Of a stretch of DNA of 64,000 nt, positions 22,251 to 35,185 are shown one piece after another (the stretch's first letter is position 1; each line of letters starts with the position of its first letter). A model generated the notes under the pieces. The model was not told where the DNA came from. It saw only the letters and a program-made list of their open reading frames with translations, and made no database searches. The DNA lies in NCBI GenBank assembly GCA_010909165.1, contig VJWM01000193.1, positions 248,001 through 312,000 of the forward strand, in the 5' to 3' direction. Source of the stretch: Anthoceros angustus (lineage: Eukaryota > Plantae > Anthocerotophyta). Both the position numbers and the translations under genes were made by a program.

Positions 22251-23029
22251 GTCAGGACTTTCCAGAAGTGGTTGAGAGGAACATACTCATGTAGAAGACT
22301 GTTGTGGTGACACCTTCTACCCAGGGATAGACTACGTATTGACGTCTACCTCGAGCAACTACGACCACAAAGACTTGGAAAAGCTCAGGTCATAAAAACA
22401 TGCCACCACTAAGTCTAAGAAAAGACAAGTCAATGATACAAGCAGATTGTATTAGGTGCCCCAACCCTAATCCAAAGCTTAGTGTCACCATCTACACCTC
22501 CACGATCATACATGTCATAGTTTTCAGTAGTCCATAAACATAAGCAAAGAATAACAAACAATCATAGACAAGTGGAATTGCACACAACAACACATTAGTT
22601 TAATTACTAGCAAGAACCACATGATCCTCATGAATAAATAAGACACCTTAATACATAAAACCACAATAATAAAAGAGACTAAGCGATTGAAGCAACAAGA
22701 GAAGAGACAGCTTAATAAAATCAAACTAATATTATAATAAAATGTAAGAAATATCTTACAAAAGCCTTACTAATATCCACTACAGGTTGATATAGTACAA
22801 GATTTGAGTTGGTGCAACTCAAGCCAGAAACATACCACCAAGAGAGCTCACAAGCATAAATATAAGCAAAGGATAACACACAAAAGAATTGGACACAATA
22901 ATGCACAATTTGAGATATGCGCAAGAATCATAGAGTCCTCCTCAATAAAATATCTTTGGGGGAAACTGCGATGATGATGGAAATAGACCAAGCGAGAAGA
23001 GCAACAGGAGAAGAGACACCTTAATGAAA

Positions 23030-23300
23030 TTTAAAATTGGTCCCCGCGCCTTGCACAAGTTCTCGACACGTCTATAAATTTATAAACCTCCTCTAGCTTC
23101 TGCTAAATCTATAAACCTACTCTACATCTTGCTAAATAAGCATTACATGCTGCCATAATTTTGGTCCCCACTTTCTTGAACTGCTCATTCACTAGTTGCT
23201 CAAAATGCAAGGGTGGATTTCGCATCAAATTAATACAACCTGGACTTGCAGCACATAAGAAAATAATTTTTTTGTATGCTTGAGAATTCGTTTCTCCTTT
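23030..23300 (-). pseudogene. Diverged C-terminal UBC23/24 fragment, repeated at ~24230-24490 and ~25670-25930
   Basis: The minus strand reads LMRNPPLHFEQLVNEQFKKVGTKIMAACNAY, matching the C-terminus of the full copies. Confidence 0.7.
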
Positions 23301-26300
23301 CTTTGTCTTTTGTTAAAGGGTAATGGGTAGTAAGATTTTATGAAGTACTCTTACGAGCTCATGGTTTGCGATCTAGTTAGCGCATTTTAGTCATCAATTT
23401 CAAAAAACTCACCAAGATTGAACCTTTGTTAATGAGGAAATTTAGTGACATGGGCCTGACATGGCGTTGAGGTAGAAATGAGGAGGCAGTTAAGAACCAA
23501 ACTCTTGGACAAACTAGCTAAGAACTAAACTCTTGAAAAAATTAGATTGAGCATCTTCATTTGATCCACATCCATCACATTGCGTGAGACCAACCGTAAG
23601 GACTTTGCCCCATACGTAATGTTGAACAAACGTTCGCACTTGCCTATCAGTGCCACGATTCTTTCAAAAATAGGCACTAAAATGCCTTCCCAATTTGGGA
23701 GATATGGTTCTCCTATCCCTACAACACAAAGAATTTAACGAATATAGGTACTACTTTTCTTTCTAGCTATTTCACCTAGAAAGGCTATTCAAAGGAAAAT
23801 CTCAATACAATTTCAAATATTGGTCCAATGATACATATATAGACCAAATTCTATATATTTCTCGATAAAGAGAAAAGCAAACTAGGGTTGAGAGGAGAAC
23901 CAAACACGAAATCTCAAGATAATTTTGAGATATATGGCCCAATGACACATATATATAGACTAAACTAGATATATTTCTCGATAAACGAAAAGCAAACTAG
24001 GGTCCACTATTATTTTTCTTCCTCTACCAAATAAAGGAAATGATTTTGAGTATTGGAAAACACCAAAGGAGAACAAAAGAATTGGACACAATAATGCACA
24101 ATTTGAGATATGCGCAAGAATCATAGAGTCCTCCTCAATAAAATATCTTTGGGGAAGCTGCGATGATGATGGAAATAGACCAAGCGAGAAGAGCAACAGG
24201 AGAAGAGACACCTTAATGAAATTTAAAATTGGTCCCCCGCGCCTTGCACAAGTTCTCGACACGCCTATAAATTTATAAACCTCCTCTAGCTTCCGCTAAA
24301 TCTATAAACCTACTCTACATCTTGCTAAATAAGCATTACATGCTGCCATAATTTTAGTCCCCACTTTCTTGAACTGCTCATTCACTAGTTGCTCAAAATG
24401 CAAGGGTGGATTTCGCATCAAATTAATACAACTGGACTTGCACATAAGAAAATAATTTTTGTATGCTTGAGAATTTCTCCTTTCTTTGTCTTTTGTTAAA
24501 GGGTAATGGGTAGTAAGATTTTATGAAGTACTCTTACGAGCTCATGGTTTTGCGATCTAGTTAGCGCATTTTAGTCATCAATTTCAAAAACTCACCAAGA
24601 TTGAACCTTTGTTAATGAGGAAATTTAGTGACATGGGCCTGACATGGCGTTGAGGTAGAAATGAGGAGGCAGTTAAGAACCAAACTCTTGGACAAACTAG
24701 CTAAGAACTAAACTCTTGAAAAAAAATTAGATTGAGCATCTTCATTTGATCCACATCCATCACATTGCGCGTGAGACCAACCAGAAGGACTTTGCCCCAT
24801 ACGTAATGTTGAACAAACGTACCCGCACTTGCCTATCAGGTGCCACGATTCTTTCAAAAAAATAGGCACTAAATGCCTTCCCAATTTGGGAGATATGGTT
24901 CTCCTATCCCTACAACACAAAGAATTTAACGAATATAGGTACTACTTTTCTTTCTAGCTATTTCACCTAGAAAGGCTATTCAAAGGAAAATCTCAATACA
25001 ATTTCAAATATTGGTCCAATGATACATATATAGACCAAATTCTATATATTTCTCGATAAAGAGAAAAGCAAACTAGGGTTGAGAGGAGAACCAAACACGA
25101 AATCTCAAGATAATTTTGAGATATATGGCCCAATGACACATATATATAGACTAAACTAGATATATTTCTCGATAAACGAAAAGCAAACTAGGGTCCACTA
25201 TTATTTTTCTTCCTCTACCAAATAAAGGAAATGATTTTGAGTATTGGAAAACACCAAAGGAGAACAAAAAGAAGTTTCAGATAATTTTAAATATATGACC
25301 CAATGACACATATATAGACTAAAATGGATATACTTCTCCATAAATAGAAAAGCAAACCAGGTTCAAAGGGGAACGAAAAGTCCATGTAGATGATAATGTT
25401 AAGGAAATTAAGGAAAACACACGAGGCTTGGGAGTGAGAGGAGAATTTTGGTTTGTGTTGAAAAACTATTTTTAATTATTATGCTTGAATCAAAGCTAAA
25501 TAAATATAGATTAAAAGAATTGGACACAATAATGCACAATTTGAGATATGCGCAAGAATCATAGAGTCCTCCTCAATAAAATATCTTTGGGGAAGCTGCG
25601 ATGATGATGGAAATAGACCAAGCGAGAAGAGCAACAGGAGAAGAGACACCTTAATGAAATTTAAAATTGGTCCCCGCGCCTTGCACAAGTTCTCGACACG
25701 TCTATAAATTTATAAACCTCCTCTAGCTTCGCTAAATCTATAAACCTACTCTACATCTTGCTAAATAAGCATTACATGCTGCCATAATTTTGGTCCCCAC
25801 TTTCTTGCTCATTCACTAGTTGCTCAAAATGCAAGGTGGATTTCGTGCATCAAATTAATACAACTTTGGACTTGCATAAGAAAATAATTTTTTTGTATGC
25901 TTGAGAATTCGTTTCTCCTTTCTTTGTCTTTTGTTAAAGGGTAATGGGTAGTAAGATTTTATGAAGTACTCTTACGAGCTCATGGTTTGCGATCTAGTTA
26001 GCGCATTTTAGTCATCAATTTCAAAAAACTCACCAAGATTGAACCTTTGTTAATGAGGAAATTTAGTGACATGGGCCTGACATGGCGTTGAGGTAGAAAT
26101 GAGGAGGCGGTTAAGAACCAAACTCTTGGACAAACTAGCTAAGAACTAAACTCTTGAAAAAATTAGATTGAGCATCTTCATTTGATCCACATCCATCACA
26201 TTGCGTGAGACCAACCGTAAGGACTTTGCCCCATACGTAATGTTGAACAAACGTAGCACTTGCCTATCAGGTGCCACGATTCTTTCAAAAATAGGCACTA

Positions 26301-27994
26301 AAATGCCTTCCCAATTTGGGAGATATGGTTCTCCTATCCCTACAACACAAAGAATTTAACGAATATAGGTACTACTTTTCTTTCTAGCTATTTCACCTAG
26401 AAAGGCTATTCAAAGGAAAATCTCAATACAATTTCAAATATTGGTCCAATGATACATATATAGACCAAATTTATATATTTCTCGATAAAGAGAAAAGCAA
26501 ACTAGGGTTGAGAGGAGAACCAAACAAATCTCAAGATAATTTTGAGATATATGGCCCAATGACACATATATAGACTAAACTAGATATATTTCTCGATAAC
26601 GAAAAGCAAACTAGGGTCCACTATTATTTTTCTTCCTCTACCAAATAAAGGAAATGATTTTGAGTATTGGAAAACACCAAAGGAGAACAAAAAGAAGTTT
26701 CAGATAATTTTAAATATGACCCAATGACACATATATAGACTAAAATGGATATACTTCTCCATAAATAGAAAAGCAAACCAGTTCAAAGGGGAACGAAAAG
26801 TCCATGTAGATGATAATGTTAAGGAAATTAAGGAAAACACACGAGGCTTGGGAGTGAGAGGAGAATTTTGGTTTGTGTTGAAAAACTATTTTTAATTATT
26901 ATGCTTGAATCAAAGCTAAATAAATATAGATTAAAAGAGTCTATGGAGAAATATGGAAAATTTTACACTCACTAAAATGGAAGAAGAACTTGTTGAATCC
27001 TCATACATTGTAGAAAATGAGCAGCTAACAACTTCTTCTTTGAATGTCACGCCCATGTAGAGAAGTTTCCAACCACCTTACAGATGCTCTCTGGACACGT
27101 CAACGTGAATAGGTTGGGAGGAGTTCATATTCTTGCTTATTGTTCCGTCCTACCAAAGCACATCAAACGTGCGGTGGGTAGTGGTAACAAAGATCCTCCT
27201 GAGGTTCCCAGTTGGGCAACACCAAGGATGACGAGATAGTCGTTGGGATGCCTCCCGATTTAGAAGTGCCGTGAGCATAATAGGCAAAGTCACGCGTTTC
27301 ATCGCTGCTAACGCCATCATCGACATTTGATGTGTTTCAGGGGCACGATTCTTTCAAAAAAATAGGCACTAAAATGCCTTCCCAATTTTGGGAGATATGG
27401 TTCTCCTATCCCTACAACACAAAGAATTTAACGAATATAGGTACTACTTTTCTTTCTAGCTATTTCACCTAGAAAGGCTATTCAAAGGAAAATCTCAATA
27501 CAATTTCAAATATTGGTCCAATGATACATATATAGACCAAATTCTATATATTTCGATAAAGAGAAAAGCAAACTAGGGTTGAGAGGAGAACCAAACACGA
27601 AATCTCAAGATAATTTTGAGATATATGGCCCAATGACACATATATAGACTAAACTAGATATATTTCGATAAACGAAAAGCAAACTAGGGTCCACTATTAT
27701 TTTTCTTCCTCTACCAAATAAAATGATTTTGAGTATTGGAAAACACCAAAGGAGAACAAAAAGAAGTTTCATAATTTTAAATATATGACCCAATGACACA
27801 TATATAGACTAAAATGGATATACTTCTCCATAAATAGAAAAGCAAACCAGTTCAAAGGGGGCGAAAAGTCCATGTAGATGATAATGTTAAGGAAATTAAG
27901 GAAAACACACGAGGCTTGGGAGTGAGAGGAGAATTTTGGTTTGTGTTGAAAAACTATTTTTAATTATTATGCTTGAATCAAAGCTAAATAAATA

Positions 27995-28530
27995 TAGATT
28001 AAAAGAGTCTATGGAGAAATATGGAAAATTTTACACTCACTAAAATGGAAGAAGAACTTGTTGAATCCTCATACATTGTAGAAAATGAGCAGCTAACAAC
28101 TTCTTCTTTGAATGTCACGCCCATGTAGAGAAGTTTCCAACCACCTTACAGATGTGCTCTCCGGACACGCCAACGTGAATAGGTTGGGAGGAGTTCATAT
28201 TCTTGCTTATTGTTCCGTCCTACCAAAGCACATCAAACGTGCGGTGGGTAGTGGTAACAAAGATCCTCCACCGTTCCCTGCAGCAACACCAAGGATGACG
28301 AGATAGTCGCTGGGATGCCTCCCACGATTTAGAAGTGCCGTGAGCATAATAGGCAAAGTCACGCAGTTGGGCGTTTCATCGCTGCTAACGCCATCATCGA
28401 CATTTGATGTGTTTCGTGGCCCGATTCTAATTTTGACGGCTGCTGGGACATGGTCCATGCCGACCTGAATCCCATTAAGCTTCTTATAATAAGCGACTTG
28501 GCAATCATGAGATGATGGTCTCCTATCACC
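27995..28530 (-). pseudogene. Internally deleted sister fragment of the UBC gene, present in every large unit (also ~31890-32410, 35800-36340, 39680-40220, 43560-44106; partial at ~26935-27340)
   Basis: TISKNMNSSQPIHVDVSREHICKVVGNFSTW..TFKEEVVS matches TISKDMDSCQLIHVDVSGEH...KVVGNFFTRDVTFKEEVVS of the full gene, with the intervening segment missing. Confidence 0.7.
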
Positions 28531-28637
28531 CTCGCAAATAATTTGGCGAATATAGGTAGGTACTACTATTCTTTGAAAGTCTTAAAATTTTTGAAGAAAA
28601 TTTGATGGTTATTATAAATTCATTACAAATGATTACT

Positions 28638-31274
28638 TCAAGGAAGTTTCTCAAAAGTCGCTTTCAACTTCGCCACAAGTTTTGCTAACGATAACTTGAA
28701 GCCGAGGACCTACATGTGTCTCCTCTAGTGCATCACTATGGGAATGTGATAAAGTGTCGATGCAAAACCTACTCTAGCTCCTTGAATAAGCATTACATGC
28801 CGCCACAATTTTGGTCCCCACTTTCTTGAAGTGCTCATTAACTAGTTGTTCAAAATGCAAGGAGGATTTCATCAAATACAACATGGACTTAGAGCACAAG
28901 AGAAAACAATTTTCGTGATACTTGAGAATTCTTTCTCCTTCCTCCGTATTTTGTTGATGATCAAAGTCCGTTCGTTGTAGAAAGGCTTCTCGGTGAGCAC
29001 AAGACTTTGGATTGAAAGGAGCACTTGCATGATGTTAGAAGCCTTTGGATTCCAAGCCTCGATGTCTTCCCATGCCATGTGTTTAGCAAGTCGAGACATA
29101 CTTCACCGCTTTCATAAAGATTGGGATTAATCCGCAAACCTTTAGAGTAATAATGTGCTTGGTGGAACATCGGATACCGCGAGAGATATATATCAAAAAT
29201 ATATAGTCCATCATGATATGGGGTGCCATCGCCCTGCTGATTACCGCCAAAAGATCCATCCGTTCTTCATATACCCGCACGTAAATTGTGTCCGGAAGAT
29301 TTTTACTAGGAGGTCCCACTCATGTTGAACTCGCTCATCCATTTCCTCCGAATGCCCACATTATTAATGTTTGAGAAAAAGTGGTGGTTGCTTGCATCTT
29401 TGACTATATCAAAATGCTTAAAGGGCTCTCCCTCCGCTCTCCTCGATCCTTGTGGCTTCGGTTTGACACTTGATGCATATTTTGTCATTTCAAGAGACAT
29501 ATCTCGAATCCATTCTCATGATGGCGCTCGCCCACATCTTCACCCACATCCATATTCGCACTTTACATCCAGATAGGCCCATCCTTGCAAGGGACCTTGA
29601 AATGGCCAACTTGCTTTGTTTTTCCCTTATAGGTAGGTGCACCGCTGCTAGGTTGACTAGAAGCATCTTCACCATCGCTTGCCGCCACTACAAGCCTCCT
29701 CCTCATCATGACTTGGATCACTCGGATCATGAGCGCTCTCAAGAGTCCGAGTCACTTTCGATGAGGATTCGCCATCGTATTTAATGACTACATGTACATC
29801 ATTCAACCCCACTTGTGACGTGGAACCATCCATCCATGCAACTTCAACATCCCCATTATCCGACAGCCAGTCTGATGATACACCCAAACCATGCATATGG
29901 ATTCGACTTTGGAATATTATGGTCCTTTGGGAGTCGAACGACAACATCTTTGATATTGTAATCATATTGAGCATGCTCGCAAAGCTCAAACACACTAACA
30001 ACTTCTTCTTTGAATGTCACGCCCCTTGTAAAGAAGTTCCCAACCACCTGGTAAAGGCGCTGTTTGAAATCTCCAGATAACGCCAAGGCCATGTTCGATA
30101 ATGTTTGAATTGTTTTCGTCATCAACATCTTTACACACATTGCCTTGGCCAAAAGTTGTGCTCTCCGGACACGTCAACGTGAATAAGTTGGCAAGAGTCC
30201 ATATCCTTGCTTATTGTTCCGCCCCGCCAAAGCACATCAATCGTGGTTTTGATGCCTACCACTTGATGCCTCGAGTAACACCTTCCTCCTCCTCGCTTTT
30301 GGCGTTTTGGTTGAGATTCTAAACTTGGGCGCCGCCCTTTCGATCCTTGCTTCTTGGTTTCACATATGACATTGGCGTCCTCAAAGCTAGAGCCCACAAC
30401 AATCGCTTCATTGTGTTTGAGAGGTTTCATGTGCTCATGCAAAAGGCATCGGCCACCTAGCCAATCTGTGAGAAAACTGGTTCATGATACCAAATCTTTT
30501 GGCTTCGCTATGCATTTCTAGGCTTCCTCGATCCTGTACATTGCCATAAGTAGCACACCATTCAACGACAACCATGTTAATATCAATTTGTGAAATTGTC
30601 CCACATAATTTCCTCCTTCGCTTGTTGTAGTTCCCAACCAACCATGTCGCTTTTGTAGAGTTTTTGATGACTTGCTACAACTCTCGACCAATAAATAATG
30701 GCATATCCTCCTCCGCTATGTTGTGACATTTTAGATGGTCGGGTTTGTAAGCTTTAGTTGGCATTGGTTCCATCGTTAAACACCAATGTCACAAGCTCAA
30801 TCACCGTGTCTACTTTTCCCACCCATCCAAAGACCGATGACAAAGTCCCCACTTGAAATGAGCTTATTCTTCTTAAGCTTTTACTATCCATATCCTTTAG
30901 GAGCATACCATTTGCAAGTTCCAAGTCCATCAGAATCATAACATTTGTCACGATCCCCATTTGCCCTAATGGGTCTTGTGTAAGTGCCGCATCGTTATGC
31001 CTCAAAGTCCTATCCACAATATGGAGATGGTGTGGATTCACTATGGTCTTGTTCAAGTCCATCCACAACACTCTTGTTTGCCTACCGCTTCTTCTTCCTC
31101 CTCCGTATCGCTATTATATTCCGAGTCCGAACTGGATCTCCAAAGGTCCGCTGTACAATTCCTAAAAGAGAAGGATTAGATTTCATAGAAACCACATCTT
31201 CGCTAAACACTGATGTGTTTCGCCATTTCGGCTTTTTCTTTCCTTCAACCTTCTCCTTCCATTTTGATCGGCAT
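28638..31274 (-). CDS. UBC23/UBC24(PHO2)/UBE2O-type large ubiquitin-conjugating E2, copy 1 (intronless, frameshifted in this assembly)
   Basis: Start MPIKMEGE. N-terminal motifs LGIVQRTFGD, RVLWMD, DPLGQMGIV..V..TVDLE, WVGKVD.V..VTLVFNDG and VAWMDGSTSQV. UBC core LPDTIYVRVYEERMDLL, NPNLYESGEVCLDLLNTW (catalytic Cys), QVLLSIQSLVL.EKPFYNE. Ends GFKLSLAKLVAKLKATFEKLP*. About 880 codons. Confidence 0.85.
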
Positions 31275-31339
31275 TGTAATGCTCGCCTTGAAAGGTGTAG
31301 AAAGTAACAAGAGGGACAAAATTTCCAAACTAATGCTTT

Positions 31340-31760
31340 CACCTAGAAAGGCTATTCAAAGGAAAATCTCAATACAATTTCAAATATTGGTCCAATGATA
31401 CATATATAGACCAAATTCTATATATTTCTCGATAAAGAGAAAAGCAAACTAGGGTTGAGAGGAGAACCAAACACGAAATCTCAAGATACAATTTTGAGAT
31501 ATATGGCCCAATGACACATATATAGACTAAACTAGATATATTTCTCGATAAACGAAAAGCAAACTAGGGTCCACTATTATTTTTCTTCCTCTACCAAATA
31601 AAGGAAATGATTTTGAGTATTGGAAAACACCAAAGGAGAACAAAAGAAGTTTCAGTATAATTTTAAATATATGACCCAATGACACATATATAGACTAAAA
31701 TGGATATACTTCTCCATAAATAGAAAAGCAAACCAGGTTCAAAGGGGAACGAAAAGTCCA
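31340..31760 (-). promoter_or_regulatory. Putative UBC upstream region made of three sub-repeats (present in every unit)
   Basis: (g/c)ccaatga(t/c)acatatatagac...aaaagcaaac(t/c)agg occurs three times. Contains site-II-like GGCCCA, telo-box-like TAGGGTT and P1BS-consensus GGATATAC (31702-31709). Motif function is unproven. Confidence 0.4.
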
Positions 31761-32521
31761 TGTAGATGATAATGTTAAGGAAATTAAGGAAAACACACGA
31801 GGCTTGGGAGTGAGAGGAGAATTTTGGTTTGTGTTGAAAAACTATTTTTAATTATTATGCTTGAATCAAAGCTAAATAAATATAGATTAAAAGAGTCTAT
31901 GGAGAAATATGGAAAATTTTACACTCACTAAAATGGAAGAAGAACTTGTTGAATCCTCATACATTGTAGAAAATGAGCAGCTAACAACTTCTTTGAATGT
32001 CACGCTCCATGTAGAGAAGTTTCAACCACCTTACGGATGTGCTCTGGACACGTCAACGTGAATAGGTTGGGAGGAGTTCATATTCTTGCTTATTGTTCCG
32101 TCCTACCAAAGCACATCAAACGTGTGTGGGTAGTGGTAACAAAGATCCTCCACAACAGTTCCCGCCAGCAACACCAAGGATGACGAGATAGTCGTTGGGA
32201 TGCCTCCCACGATTTAGAAGTGCGTGTGAGCATAATAGGCAAAAGTCACGCGGCGTTTCATCGCTGCTAACGCCATCATCGACATTTGATGTGTTTCAGG
32301 CTCGATTCTAATTTGACTACTTGCTTTGACATGGTCCATGCCTAATTTTAATCCCATTAAGCTTCTTATAATAAGCGACTTGGCAATCTGCGGATGATGG
32401 TCTCCTATCACCTCTGCACAAATAATTTGGCGAATATAGGTAGGTACTACTATTCTTTGAAAGTCTTAAAATTTTTGAAGAAAATTTGATGGTTATTATA
32501 AATTCATTACAAATGATTACT

Positions 32522-35185
32522 TCAAGGAAGTTTCTCAAAAGTCGCTTTCAACTTCGCCACAAGTTTTGCTAACGATAACTTGAAGCCCAAGGACCTACAT
32601 GTGTCTCCCTCTAGTGCATCACTATGGGAACGTGATAAAGTGTCGATGCAAAACCTACTCTAGCTCCTGCTTGAATAAGCATTACATGCCACAATTTTGG
32701 TCCCCACTTTCTTGAAGTGCTCATTAACTAGTTGTTCAAAATGCAAGGAGGATTTCGCATCAAATACAACATGGACTTAGCACAAGAGAAAACAATTTCA
32801 CGATACTTGAGAATTCTTTTCTCCTTCCTCCAGATTTTGTTGATGATCAAAGTCCGTTCGTTGTAGAAAGGCTTCTCGGTGAGCACAAGACTTTGGATTG
32901 AAAGGAGCACTTGCATGATGTTAGAAGCCTTTGGATTCCAAGCCTCGATGTCTTCCCATGCCATGTGTTTAGCAAGTCGAGACATACTTCACCGCTTTTC
33001 ATAAAGATTGGGATTAATCCAAAACCTTTAGAGTAATAATGTGCTTGTGGAACATCTGGATACTCGCGAGAGATATATATCAAAAATATATAGTCCATCA
33101 TGATATGGGGTGCCATCCGCCCCGTGATTACATCAAAAGATCCATCCGCTCTTCATATACCCGCACGTAAATTGTGTCTGGAAGATTTTTACTAGGAGGT
33201 CCCCACTCATGTTGAACTCGCTTCATCCATTTCCTCCGAATGCCCACATTATTAGTGTTTGAGAAAAGTGGTGGTTGCTTGCATCTTTGACTATATCAAA
33301 ATGCTTAAAGGGCTCTCCTCCGCTCTCTCCTCGATCCTTGTGGCTTCCGGTTTGACACTTGATGCATATTTTGTCATTTCAAGAGACATATCTGAATCCA
33401 TTCTCATGATGGCGTGCTCGTCCACATCTTCACCCACATCCATATTCGCACTTTGCTACATCCGTATAGGCCCATCCTTGCAAGGGACCTTGAAATGGCC
33501 AACTTGCTTTGTTTTTCCCTTATAGGTAGGTGCACCGCTAGGTTGACTAGAAGCATCTTCACCATCGCTTGCATGTCACTACAAGCCTCCTCCTCATCAT
33601 GACTTGGATCACTCGGATCATGACCGTCTCAAGAGTCTCGAGTCACTTCGATGAGGATTCGCCATCGTATTTAATGACTACATGTACATCATTCAACCCC
33701 ACTTGTGACGTGGAACCATCCATCCATGCAACTTCAACATCCCCATTGCTCGTGATTTGCGATGATACACCCAAACCATGCGATTGGATTCGACTTTGGA
33801 ATATTATGGTCCTTTGGGAGTCGAACGACAACATCTTTGATATTGTAATCATATTGAGCATGCTCGCAAAGCTCAAACACACTAACAACTTCTTCTTTGA
33901 ATGTCACGTCCCTTGTAAAGAAGTTCCCAACCACCACCACATTGCGGTCGTTGCTTGAAATCCACCAGTATAACGCCAAGGCCATGTTCGACAATGTTTG
34001 AATTGTTTTCGTCATCAACATCTTTAACGGTCACATTGCCTTGGCCAAAAGTTGTGCTCTCCGGACACGTCAACGTGAATAAGTTGGCAAGAGTCCATAT
34101 CCTTGCTTATTGTTCCGTCTACCAAAGCACATCAAGCTGTGGTTTTGATGCCTACCACTTTGTGACTCGAGTAACACCTTCCTCCTCCTCGCTTTTGGCG
34201 TTTGGTTGAGATTCTAAACTTGGGCGCCTCTTTCGATCCTTGCTTCTTGGTTTCACATATGACATTGGCGTCCTCAAAGCTAGAGCCCACAACAATCGCT
34301 TCATTGTGTTTGAGAGGTTTCATGTGCTCATGCAAAAGGCATCGGCCACCTAGGCGCCAACTGTGAGAAAACGGTTCATGATGATCAAATCTTTTGCTTG
34401 CTATGCGTCTAGGCTTCCTCCGATCCTGTGTACATTGCCATAAGTAGCACACCATTCAACGACAACCATGTTAATATCAATTTGTGAAATTGTTCCACAT
34501 AATTTCCTCCTTCGCTTGTTGTAGTTCCCAACTAACCATGTCGCCTTTTGTAGAGTTTTTTGATGACTTGCTACAACTCTCTGACCAATAAATAATGGCA
34601 TATCCTCCTCTGCTATGTTGTGACATTTTAGATGGTCAGGGTTTGTAAGCTTTAGTTGGCACTGTGCTCCATCGTTAAACACCAATGTCACAAGCTCAAT
34701 CACTCTGTCTACTTTTCCCACCCATCCAAAGACCACAGACAAAGTCCCCACTTGAAATGAGCTTATTCTTCTTAAGCTTTTACTATCCATATCCTTTAGG
34801 AGCATACCATTTGCAAGTTCCAAGTCCACCGTAATCATAACATTTGTCACGATCCCCATTTGCCCTAATGGGTCTTGTGTAAGTGCCCTGCATCGTTATG
34901 CCTCAAAGTCCTATCCACAATATGGAGATGGTGTGGATTCACTATGGTCTTGTTCAAGTCCATCCACAACACTCTTGTTTGCCTACCAGTTTCTTCTTCC
35001 TCCTCTGTATCACTATTATATTCCGAGTCTGAATCTGGATCTCCAAAGGTCCGTTGTACAATTCCTAAAAGAGAAGGATTAGATTTCATAGAAACCACAT
35101 CTTCGCGAAACACTCGATGTGTTTCGCCGCCCATTTCGGCTTTTTCTTTCCCTTTGAACCCTTCTCCTTCCATTTTGATCGGCAT
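32522..35185 (-). CDS. UBC23/UBC24-type E2, copy 2 (intronless, frameshifted in this assembly)
   Basis: Same motifs as copy 1; ORFs 34865-35254 and 34401-34859 give the N-terminal domains and SGEVCLDLLNTW the catalytic region. Confidence 0.85.
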
